From positions 17,608,001-17,672,000 of the forward strand of contig OZ316775.1 in the NCBI GenBank assembly GCA_973851085.1: 64,000 nt of DNA. The letters run 5' to 3'. Source of the DNA: Ptychomitrium polyphyllum (Eukaryota). The position numbers were made by a program, and so were the translations under genes. Of the stretch, positions 13,913 to 25,626 are shown one piece after another. The notes below the pieces were generated by a model that saw only the letters and a list, made by a program, of their open reading frames with translations, was not told the origin of the DNA and did no database searches. Position 1 is the first letter of the stretch; the number at the start of each line of letters is the position of its first letter.

Positions 13913-15257
13913 GTCATTGTGCCGGTCAAACAGATTTGATGGATTTGAATCTGGATTGGTACTATGGCACTTAAAGCATTGCACTAGCTGAGGTTTTGTG
14001 GCTTGACAATTGATTTTGAAAGCCCAAGTATTTTAGCTCTTTGTGCTATCAAGTTGTAATTTATTTATAGTATAAAAAAGATGATTGTTAATAGTAAATT
14101 GATAATGACCTTTGCTTTATAGAATTATCTTTCAAAGTGTTATTGGTTTATAGTAGCCTTGTTAAACTTGTTTAAGCTTGTTATTAAAGGTAGAAGTTGT
14201 AAAATATTTCAAAAAAGAGCTTAGAAGAGAATTTTGTGTCAAAAGCATGATTTTTTGACTCATTGGCCAATCTACGTGGTTGGATAAGGCACGTGGGTGG
14301 CAGACTTCATGCTCATTGGTTGAAAATCATGCCCAATGAACTCTAAGATGCTACCAGATATTGTATCAAGGTTTAAGACTACTTTAGGGACAATTTTGAG
14401 ATTTGGAAGGTTGGAATTTGATAGAATGTATAAAGGGCTATAGTTTTTGTGCAAAAATCAAGAAGCTTGGAGTAGTTTCGAGGGAGAAATGAGCATTTGA
14501 AGTTAGGATCATAAATTTGTACCTACTATCACTGATTTGTAAATAAAAACAGTTTTTCAAGAGCTTTTGGAAATTAAAAAGTGGGGTTTGAAAGGTAATT
14601 TTAGGAGCTTTATTAAATATGGAAAAATTAATCAATTCTAGTTTAGGATGAAAAAATAAGGGTTGTTAGAAGTCAATGCTTCAGATTGGAGGTTGTAAGT
14701 GAGTTCTTTTTATGCATGTTTTGGTTTGGTCTATATTTTGAGCTTCTAAACAAATTTTTAGCTCAAAATTTTTTGAAGTCTAGATGAAAATGTTAGAAAG
14801 CTATATATAAAATTTTATGGCATTTAAATATTGGATTATTAAGGTATGTTGGATATAGTGTGCAAGTGGTAGTATATTGACATATTTTGCACTTGTTGTA
14901 AAACAAACAATATCTAAAGATTTGTAATGAATCTATGGTTGAAATTTTTGTGGAAGTAGCTAAAAATAGGAGTAAATATGTAGGCAAGTTTTAGTGTATT
15001 TGAATGGTCAAAAGAAGAGATTTTGGATTTTGTAGATCTAGATGAATTCATTAAAAGAAAGTAAAATTGTGTCCAAATATTTTATAACTTCTAAGTACTT
15101 TTGAGCATCTTAGACTTATATGTTTGATGTATTTGTCTTCATAAGGACAAGTAATGTACAAAACTTGTGTTTTATAAAATTTAGAATTTGTTAAGCAAAT
15201 TAGTGGCTGCAAAAAGCTTAGCGCTTTCTTGAGGCAACTTTTTCTACTACAACAATG

Positions 15258-18063
15258 TTATGGACAAGAGGTACATCCACAATGCCAAACATTTTGTAGG
15301 AACATAAAGATGTCTAGCCACAATAGGAATCATGGAACTAGATTTGCTTCATTTAGCATCTTATAGATCTAGGACCATAATTTTTTTTTTTATTGGACTT
15401 AAAGTATTTATGAGAGCAGTAAAGATTGGTGCTTTTTTTTGCTGTGTATAGAACTTCAAGGTCCAGACTTGCGGCTTCATCCTCAACCATTCCAAAAAAG
15501 TATAAGGTGTTCAATAATGCATTTTAAAAGAACAATGCAGACACTTCACGAAAACACTGTTCTTATGGTTATACCAGAGACTTCCAAGACACCTCCAAGC
15601 CACCATTTGGACCTATCTATAATTCATCCCAAAACAAGCTTTCATCAATAAGGGAGTATATTGATGAAAACTTAGCCAAGAACTTTATACAACATTCAAA
15701 GTCTTTTGCTAATGCTCTAATTCTTTTTGTAAAGAAGAAAGGTGAATCTTTACAAATGTATGTCGACTACCGCAGCCTCGACAAAATGACAATGAAGAAC
15801 TGATATCCATTGTTGCTGATCTCTGGGCTTCTTGATCAACTTGATCAAACATAGATCTATACAAAAATAGACCTGTGAGGAGCCTACAATTTCGTGCACA
15901 TAAAAGAAAGAGACAAATGGAAGACAACTTTTCAAACAAGGTATGGATATTTTGAATACAATGTCATGCCTTTTGAACTTATCAACGCATCTGCCATTTT
16001 TTAGCACTTGATGACTGTCATATTTTGGAAGTGCCTTGATGATTTTGTCGTATGCTATTTGCATGATATCTTCATTTATTCAAAGAATCTAGAGGAACAT
16101 AAACGACATGTCCGCATAGTCTTACAAAAGCTACAAGATGCCGGTATGTATGCTAAGTTGGAGAAATATGTATTCCACAAACTTCAAGTGGAATTCCTTG
16201 GATGTATCATCTCTAATAAAAGACTATTGATGGATCCAAAGAAGATAAAAGCAATTGACGATTGAATGAGGTTAAAATCAGTACAAGATATTCAATATTA
16301 TCTTTGATTTACAAACTTCTATAAGATCTTCATGAAGGACTATTCTTGAACAGCTGCACCACTCACGCAACTAATATGTACAAAAAAGCTTGAATAGGGA
16401 TCCAATATTGAAGATGCAATCCAAAGGTTGATTCAAGCTTTTACCACAGCTCCTATTCTAATTCATTTAGACTTTTTAAAGCAATTTTATCTTAGGACAA
16501 ATGCTTCCAACTTTGTACTAGAAGCATTTTTATCACAAACAGGAGGAGAAAGGAGATTCCATCTAATTACATTCTATCCCAAAATCCTTTGAGCTGCAAA
16601 AATCAATTACAAGATCCACAATAAGGAATTCCTTGCAATTGTGGATTCTTTACAAGAATGGCGTCACTTGCTCCAAGGTACTGTGCATCTAGTGATTGTA
16701 TATACAGATTACAAGAACTTGGAATATTTCATGTCAGCCTGTGTTTTAAATAGCTGCCAAGTTTATTGGAAGATGTCTCTATCTCAATTTGATTTTTGTA
16801 TTATATCCCAATCTAAAAAACAACAAGAGTTCTTAGATGCTTTGTCAAGGCAATCATATCTTGCGCCAAAGAAAGGACCAACAATACACGATCAATAAAG
16901 AGTAATTTTGTTGAAACTAGAACGATTTTATATACGCACAATCACCATTTCAACTTTGATAGATTCATCGTTCTTTGACAGGGTGCGTATAGTATCTCCC
17001 AAGGACCCTTTTAATCTTGATATCAAGCGTTGTTCCAACAACCTTCCTGAAGACGTATCTAAATTTGAATTAAAAGACAACCTTCTCTACTTTGAAGAAT
17101 ATTTATAAATTCCTGAAGGACCAATTTGCCTTTGTGTACATCAAACACGTCATGACTTTCCAGCGGCTGGACATTATGAATTCAATAAAACCTTAGAATT
17201 CTTCTCTGTCAACTTTTGTTGGCCTCAAGTGTGAAAGGTTGTTAAGGATTTTGTACTCTTGTGAGAGACTTGCTCTAGGTTAAAAAACCCTTGACACCGT
17301 CCATATGGACTTTTTTAACTAATGCCTATTCTAAGGCAATTATAGCCTTCTATTTCCATGGATTTCATCACAGATCTTCTACCGTCAAATTCCTTTGATA
17401 CCATCTTTATTGTGGTAGACCGGTTTACCAAGATGGCATATTTTGTACCTTGCAAGAAAACAATTACAGGTGAAGAGATTGCAACATTCTTCATGGATAA
17501 TGTCTACTACTACCATGGATTATCCAACAATATTCTATCGGATCATGGACCAAAGTTATTATTAAGATTTTGGAAGTCGCTCTTTGAAATCCTTAAGGTG
17601 AATATTAAAATTTCTTCTGCCTTCCATCCTTAGACTGATGGCCAAATATAGCAAATCAACCAGATTTTTGGAGCAATGTCTAAGGTGTATCATTAACTAC
17701 CAACAAGATGAGTGGACGTCCTACTTGACATTGGCTGAGTTTATTTACAAAAAGACCACTTACGCTTCAATCCAATAAATGCCATCCTCCTCAGACTCAA
17801 ACATTATTCAAAAATAGATATGCTAGAGCCTCAACGATCTAAAAATGAAACAGCTGATGAATTTGCCATAAGAATGGCAAAACTTCAGACAACCATGAAG
17901 ACACAACTAAAATAAACTCAAGAACAATATATAACGACAAAAAATGCTACAAGAAAGGAACACTCTTCATTCCAAGTTGAAAAGAAGGTGTGGTTCCTTG
18001 GATGCAATATAAGAACCAAGAGGCCATGTGACAAGCTAGACTATTGTAGATTCGGACCATTTG
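15258..18063 (+). pseudogene. A1 gag end and pol (RT, RNaseH, INT), decayed; protease missing
   Basis: Fragments LDDFVVCYLHDIFIYS, LQEWRHLLQG and MDFITDL...VVDRFTKMA. Ends at ..GPF, where the Copia begins. Confidence 0.85.
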
Positions 18064-18472
18064 TAGTAAAGTATGAAATATATAAAGTTATCCTAGTTGA
18101 AGTTTCTTTGTGTAGGACTAGAGCTTGATAGGTTGCTAATCGTCAAAGGAGTGTCAAGAAAGAGGACATAGAGGATATAGAAGCTAGGGTTAAGAAAAGG
18201 CATTAAGGATTTTATATGGTGGCTAGTATTCGGACGGCCATTAGGATTAGGGTGGCGGTTACGACAGCTATGGCGGCTAGGGTTTGCCGCCATATGTCAC
18301 TCATTTAGTGGAGGCAAATGCATGGTTGCTAAGTGGCATACTTTGGTGGATGACTCTAAAATATAAGTAAATGAGTTTTGGAAGTGGGAGTCATCTTGCT
18401 CCACACTTGTCTTGTTGCAATTTGGCTTTTTCTTCTTGCTTGTTGTACTACCTTTGTTGCATTTTTTTAATA
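18064..18472 (+). repeat. Copia 5' LTR
   Basis: First ~70 nt match 29511-29579. Ends ttttaata (eroded AACA) before the PBS. Confidence 0.7.
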
Positions 18473-18484
18473 GGTTATGGCCCA
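18473..18484 (+). promoter_or_regulatory. Half-tRNA(iMet) type PBS
   Basis: GGTTATGGCCCA, one G short of the GGTTATGGGCCCA PBS of Drosophila copia-type elements. Confidence 0.65.
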
Positions 18485-18919
18485 TTCACACTTAGTTGTA
18501 CCTTTTAAAGTAGCTTGAAGTGTTTTTAGTTGTTGTGCTTGTGTGGTGCAAGATCACTTGGTAGTTATTGAAGATAGAGTTAGAAACTCCTAACTTTGAG
18601 GGTTTACACGTGTAGGTGCTTAATTTGATGTTTTTTGAACTCTAGTAGGGTTGTATATGTTGAAATTCCTTGAATAGTGAGTTTTGTTGGATGATGATAA
18701 GACCTTGCTAGTGTCTTTATTAAATTTGAGCTTCCTAACACCAACTTATTGTGCTTGATGTTGTTGTCTTGTGAGTTCATTGATATGTGTGCTTATTGAG
18801 TGGACATAGTAAGTTGAAAGGCTTGTCTTCGGACTCATAGTTGTAAAGACTTGTGAGAAGCATAGGAGTCAAGGAAAAAATTTGTTTGAAGGTACACTTG
18901 TTACCTCTCTTCTTAAGGC

Positions 18920-19669
18920 ATGGCTTCAAGTGAAGGTGAAGGTCTAAGGATCATTCAAAAGTTTCATGGTGAGAACTTCTACTAATAGAAGGTTAGACTG
19001 GAGCTCTCATTGGCTTCTTTGGACCTTTGGGATATCATAGATGAAAATGAGGTTGCTGCACCATTGCCGGCAAATGCAAGGAGAGGAAGGAGTTCCAACG
19101 TCGTGAGAAGAAGGCTTTTGGCATTTTTGCCACCAACCTTCTTGATGATGCCAACTTTGCCCATATCATCTCTTGCAAAGGACTAGCAAAAGCGTGGAAG
19201 ACGCTTTGCAACATCTATGATAGCAAGACCTCTCCAACATCATCTTCACAAGGAAGAAGTTCTTGAACAGCAAGATGGAAGAAGGGCACGACCTTATGGC
19301 GCATGTCAACAGGTTAAAGGCCCTTGCAAGGCAACTTGCTATTGTGAACAAGCCATTGGAGGATTCGGATGTTGTGATTACATTGCTCATGAGCTTGGCA
19401 GAGTCCTATAGCTATCTCATAGTGGCCTTGGAGTCCATTTCCATCAAAGACCTCACCATGGATTATGTGATAGCGAGATTGAGCCATGAGGAGATCAAGA
19501 GGAAAGAGAAGGCGACTTCAAGTGACTATTCCACCCTCTTCTTGAAGCAAGGCAAAGCCACCTACTCTAATCAACGTCCAAATCTTAGAACATGCTTTGT
19601 GTGTGGAAAACCAGGTCCTTTGCTCCAAATTTCTACAAGTCCAAGAGATGAGAGAGTGAAGATGCCAAC
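18920..19669 (+). pseudogene. Copia gag, disrupted
   Basis: MASSEGEGLRIIQKFHGENF start, UBN2-like region (KMEEG...LLMSL.ESY), zinc-knuckle remnant CFVCGKPG. Confidence 0.85.
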
Positions 19670-20253
19670 TGTTAAGGACACAAGAAACAAGAAGCAGAAA
19701 CGAAGTGTTTCCCAAGAATTAGCTTCCAAAGAGCTAACGATGAACAAAAACTTTGATACAAAGACTAGAACAAGGCAGGATTCAAGATGATCCACAACTT
19801 ATGTTGGCAAGATTAAGGAATACCTTGTCTTGCCTCTTATTTATACTAGGACGTTTGTATCTCCTAGAATATTTCTAAAGAAGCTTCTTACAAGGCTTAA
19901 GAATGTTCTGGAAGTCTAAGGAACTTTCCCAAGAAGTTTCCTAAGATGTTGGAACCTTCCTAAAAAGCTTCCAAGGAATTGGAACCTTCTTTGGAAGCTT
20001 CCAAGGAAGTTTCCTAAGGTAGCGGAACCTTCTTAGAAAGTTTCATAAAGAGGTAGAACCTTCCTAGGAAGTTTCTTAAGGTGATGGAACCTTCATAGGA
20101 AGTTTTCTAAGGTAGAGGAATTTTCCTAGGAAGCTTCATAAAACTATAAAAAGGCTATGGCGACATCTAAAAGTATTCTAAGAAGCTATTATAGTATACT
20201 AGAAGGTTCTAGAATGTTCTAAAGACTATGTTGCATGATTTATGTCCGTGACA
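19670..20253 (-). repeat. 3' LTR of B1
   Basis: tgttaaggacac...tccgtgaca (584 bp). Confidence 0.95.
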
Positions 20254-20308
20254 TCACCTCCCCATTTAGCGACGAGTTCCATGAGGAGTTGTTTTCTTGG
20301 CTTGCTTG

Positions 20309-20908
20309 TCACATTTCTACAAATTCCAAAATTTGCAGAAGAAGTGAAGCAACATACTCTGCTCGTTGTTCTTTGTTCACTGGTTCAATTGGTCCTTGCA
20401 AGAAGCGTCGATGATCACCAGCCAAGACTTGTGTTGTTGAAATGTCCCATCCCAAGATCTGATTTTGATTAAGTCCTTCAAAACAACCTGCAAACAAGAT
20501 TTCGGGTCCTCCAGAAGTGACTCTTCCAATTTCTAACAAAATGAATAGAGCGCGAGCATCTGAATCAAGACTGGAATGTGAAGGGCGACTAGTCAATACT
20601 TATGTACGAGGTCGTACTCAACGTTTGGATGTCCCTCTCATATCTTGACTTAGATCCTCCGTTACCGAGGGTTGAGAAAGTTGAGTTGGCTCAACAGATG
20701 CTGTTGTTGATGAAGGCATGGCCGACTGCTCTTTACGCATATCTATGATAACACGAAGATTTGACATACTGGCTAGGATCTAAAAATGATCTATCTTGGA
20801 AATAATGCTGCATACAATTGGAGGTTTCGATGTCTTTCCTTCCTTCTTATACTTGTCTAGGAAGGAAAAACTTCTATGTGAAGTTAACGGCTGCTGATGA
20901 CACATCAT
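20309..20908 (-). pseudogene. Extra ORF (ORF3) of unknown function between pol and the PPT, copy B1
   Basis: 199-codon frame with 3 in-frame stops. The C-terminal ~85 aa align with 34510-34749 and 63929-64000. Confidence 0.65.
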
Positions 20909-23900
20909 CACTGACTTGATTTCTGAGGATATCTTTGATGAAATTCGAGTACCTTTTCGGATGCATTTGTTACATTAGTTGAAGGTTCCCATGTTCGGTC
21001 ATTGATGCCATATCCTTGCCAATGTATAAGGTACTCCATACGTCCATTCTTGATGCGTGAATCTAAGATCTCTTCTACTTCATATTCAATTTCATTATTG
21101 ATTTCTAGCGGAGGAGGCGGAAGGACAATTCTCTCTGGTATACATGATTTGTTATAGGTTTCCAACAACGATACGTGGAATACTGGATGAATTTGCATGC
21201 TTGGTGGTAGCTTTAGGCGATAAATAACCGGATATATCTGTTTATTGATTTCAAATGATCCCAACTTTTGATAGTCCAACTTCTTCGATGGTCTTTTTGT
21301 CTGTATATTTCGTCGTAGGAGCCATACGCTATCTCCAACCTTAAACTTTAGATGGTCCTTCCGATGGCGATCTGCATAAGTTTTCTAACGATCTTGAACT
21401 TGTTGTAACTGGAAGATAATTTCTTGATGGATTTTAGCAAGTTGAATTGTAAAATCCTACGTTGGAGGACTTCCAACATGCTTCACTTGAAATGGATCTG
21501 TTCGAGGATGATGCCCATAGTTTGCAAAGAATGGACTTTGAATTGTTGAAGAATGCACCGTATTATTGTAAGCAAATTCTGCCAAAGGCAAGAGATCCAT
21601 CCAGTTGTCTTGCTAATAGTTTATGCTACAACAAAGGTACTGTTCCAAAATTTGATTCACGCGTTCGGTTTGGCCATTAGTTTGCGGATGGTATGCTGAA
21701 AAAAGATTGATCTTTACACGCAACAGTTGGAATAGAGCCTTCCAAAAGTTGAAACTGAACTGCGGCCCCCGATCGAATACAATATCATCTGGTAGTCCAT
21801 GTATGCGGTAGACGTGATTTAGGAACAACTTGGCAGTTTCTTCTCCAGTTACCGTCTTGTTGCATGGAATGAAATGTGCCATTTTGGTAAATCAATCCAC
21901 CACTACCAAAATAGAATCCTTAGAATGAGAGTTTGGAAGGTCCGTGATAAAATCCATTGATAAAAACAACCATGGGCCCTTTGGCACTGGAAGCGGATGG
22001 AGGAGACCATGAGGTTGGTGCCTTGGTACCTTGGCTCTTGCTCAAGTGTTGCATGATCGAATAAAGTCCTTCACGTACTTCCACATTTGTGGCCACCAAT
22101 AGTCTCTTGCAATGAACTCCATTGTTATATTGAATCCAAAATGTCCTGCTGCTGAAAATCATGACGTGCTTGATGATCTTCAACTGCAAAGGGCCTGGAG
22201 GTAGGTACAAAAGTTCTTTATAATAAAGTAGGCCCTCTTGGAATTCAAAGTCCTCATTGCTATTTGAAGGACCTCCATTGTCTTTGAGGCGCTTTTTTAT
22301 ATTTGAAACAAAGACGTCATTCTTCAAAGCCTTCCGAATTTCGTCAAGATGGGATATTGTCGTAATAATTGTTGCTTTCAATTGAAGGTTCTCTGGTCCC
22401 AATAAAATAGTCCTTTGCTGATTTAAAACATCATCTCCAAGTTGAGGAGCTAAATAAGATCTTCGAGATAAGGCATCTAGCTTATCTTGCAAGCTACCAG
22501 ATCGATAGATAATGACAAAGTCAAATCTGGAAAGCGATATACACCACCTTGCTTGACGGCGATTCAAAACACGCGCACTCATGAAATACTCTAAGTTCAT
22601 GTGGTCTGTGTATATTTTGATGATATGTTGAGCTCTTTCCAATAAATATCGCCATTCTTCAAACGCATCCGCAATTGCAAGTAGTTCTTTATCATGTATA
22701 TCATAGTTGATTTCTGCCGCTGAGAACTTCTTTGAACAAAAAGCAAGATGGTGAAGTCTCTTGTCTTCATCATATTGTGAAAGTACTAAGCCAAGCGCAA
22801 AATCTGAGGCATCCGCTTCCAAATAAAAAGGCTTTGATGGATTTGGATGAATAAGAATTGGAGCCGATGTGAATGACTTCTTAAGACTTTGAAATGCTTT
22901 TTCAGCCTCTTCATCCCAAATGAATTTTTGCTTCTCCATAAAACGTGTTAATGGTGCCGCAATCTTGAAAAAATTCTTGATGAATATTCTATAGAAATTT
23001 GCAAATCCCAAGAAGCATTGAACATCTCAAATTGATCTTAACGTACTCCACTCCATGATAGTGCTTATGTTTTTCTTATCCATATGGATTCCTTCTTTGG
23101 AAATGATGTAGCCTAAATATTCAACCGAGGATTCATGGAAAAGGCACTTCTCCAATTTGGCATATAATCCTCGCTGGCGTAGTTTTTCTAAAACCAGTCG
23201 CACATGGCCTTCGTGATCTTGTTCATTCTTTGAATATATCAAAATGTCATCTAAGTAAATGACTACAAAATCATCCAAATATTCATGGAAGATATCATTC
23301 ATCATATGTTGGAAAACCGCGATGGCATTCGTAAGGCCAAAAGGCATGACATTGTATTCAAAATGACCATACCTAGATCAAAAAGCTGTCTTCCATTCGT
23401 CTCCTTCTTTGATGCGTACAAGATTGTAGGCTCTTCTAAGATCAATTTTGGTGAATATCTTTGCTTGGCCAAATTGTTGTAGGAGTCCTGAAATTAATGG
23501 TAATGGATAGCGATTCTTTTTTGTTACTTTATTGAGACCTCAATAATCCACGCACATACGTAATGATCCATCTTTCTTTTTTACAAACAGAATGGGTGCT
23601 CCAGCAGGTGATTTAGAGTGTTGAATGAAATCCTTTCCAAGGTTTTCATCAATATATTCTCTTAAGGCAGCCAACTCAGTTTGTGATAAGTTATAAATAG
23701 GTCTAAAAAGGTGGTTGGGCTCCTTCTTACAAGTCAATGATACAATCGTAAGGTCGGTGCTTTGGTAACATGTTCGTATTCTTTTTTTCAAAAACGTCTT
23801 TATAATCTTAATATTGACAAGGTATGTTTTGATTAGTCCCTATTGTTGAGTTGAACATTGGCGTGGCATAAACGGCATAGATTGGTTCATCTTTTGCCGC

Positions 23901-25411
23901 TCTCATAAATGCCTTAGCTCCAATAAATGATGGCTCAAGATTTCTTGTATTTTGACATCTTTTCTTTGAGACCACACTCCGTGAGCGCAAGTCAATATCT
24001 GGATTATGTAATTCAAACCAAAGAAGGCCCAAAACAATAGGATTCGTTTGGCATTGAATGATATTGAAGACAATCTTAGATGCCTGGTCTCCTAAAACAA
24101 CTTCCAAGGATTGAGTTTCTTCAATAATGTTGCCAGACGCAAGAGATTGTCCATCAATAACTTCAACAGGTGCGGGATATTTCTTCTTTACAAGCACCAT
24201 GTGATGTTTGGTTGCAAAATCCTTGTCCATAAAACATGCCGTTGCACCAGTGTCTAAAAGAGCCTCACTAATTATTTCATCATCAAACAATTTTATTTTT
24301 ATAGAAAATGTAAAACAAGAGGTAGGGTTTGAAGGTAGTAAGAGACCTTGATTTGATGGTGGTTTCTTTGTGGTGTCCAGTCGCATGGTTCCCACTGTAA
24401 CTGGACAGCCTTGTTTTTCAACTCCACCATTAAGCTTTGAGCCTTGAAGGCAAGTCCTTTGATTTGGCAATCGCGCACTTTATGTCTAGACTTGCCACAA
24501 TACAAACATAGGTTTTCTCTTCGACGCCTTTCTTTTTCTTCTGGAGTCAATCGTCTGAACTAGGCACCATCAATTTGCACAGGTTCTGGTCCTTGTGGTC
24601 GACTTTCCGATATTCTTGAAGAAGTGGTAGCCATGCTTTGAAGTACTGGTCGCCATCCCAAGCGTTGTTCTTGGCGTCTTTCAAATAATGTATTGTCACA
24701 TGCTATTGCTTAAGTGATGAATTCGTCCAATGTTTCAACTCTTGGCATTGTGAGCAGCAAGTCCTTTATATTTTCTCTCAAGCCCCATCGAAACTGTGTG
24801 ACCAAGGCCTTATCATTCCAATCAAGGTAGCAAGCTAATTGCCAAAATTCTGCAGCATATGTAGCAGCTGAGCGCTGTCTTTGTTGGAGAATCTGGATCC
24901 TTGTTTCAGCCACTGTCTCTCAGTCGGTGTCTCCAAAAGTAGATGTCAATGCTTCTATGAAAGCATCTAAGTTGTTCAATAATGGTGACTGCTTCTCCAT
25001 TAGTGGTGCAAACCACGATAGTGCATTGTTTGATAAAAGAGTGGCCACAAATCCCACTTGAGTTGTACCATCAAGATAGTGAGATTGATGCAAACTAAGG
25101 AAGAGTCTTACTTGTTGAACAAAACTTCTCAATTTTGATCTTGATCCATCAAACTTATCTGGCATGCTAATCTTTGGCTCTGCGTAGGGTCGACGTAAGC
25201 CTTCTCTTCCAATATTGGCCTCTTGCAATCGAACAACTTCTTGATATAAGCTTTGAATATCACCATTGGTTTCTTCAGCTTGTCAAGTGTGTTGCTACAA
25301 ATTGTTGGTGGTATTAAAACGGGCGAATTCTGTTCAAACTGTGTTTAATAACTCTTGGAGGTCTGCAATAGTTGCAAACCTATTCTTTGATATTCTAGGC
25401 ACGTTATCCAT
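20908..25411 (-). pseudogene. B1 gag and pol, disrupted
   Basis: EPKISMPDKFDG, CLYCGKSRHKVRDC, ALLDTGATACF, MPFGLTNA/YLDD, EADASDFA, HPQTNGQTER, chromodomain EYEVEEILDSR...YLIHWQGY...TWEP. Confidence 0.95.
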
Positions 25412-25612
25412 TTCTAAAAACTTTCAAAGATAGAAAAACTATGAGTACCTTCAAAGGAAAAAATCCACGTCCTTTGAAAGAAGTAATATTTGGATCTAGA
25501 AGGAGAAACCAACTGTATGGTGCCAGCTTAGAGGAGGGTAATCCGCAACCTCTAAAATGCTATGGAATCCCAAAGAAGATGGGTAATCCACAACTCTGAC
25601 AAAGATGAAGTG

Positions 25613-25624
25613 TAGTCTTGCCAA
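25613..25624 (-). promoter_or_regulatory. Non-tRNA PBS of B1, complementary to the predicted transcript 5' end
   Basis: Sense TTGGCAAGACTA, 2 nt after the LTR; perfect complement at 25760-25771. Confidence 0.75.
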
Positions 25625-25626
25625 AC

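Larger units (their letters stand above)
4770..15257. mobile_element. AT-rich non-coding insert with imperfect terminal inverted repeats (~1.6 kb excluding nested family C)
   Basis: Left end cattattgtgtggaaaagttgcacaa resembles the reverse complement of the right end, cattgttgtagtagaaaaagttgcctcaa. A1 gag resumes immediately after 15257. Confidence 0.5.

Noticed and set aside
19920..20140. Regularly spaced semi-palindromic repeats resembling a CRISPR array
   Set aside because: They are LTR U3 subrepeats without unique spacers, in a eukaryotic context with no cas genes.
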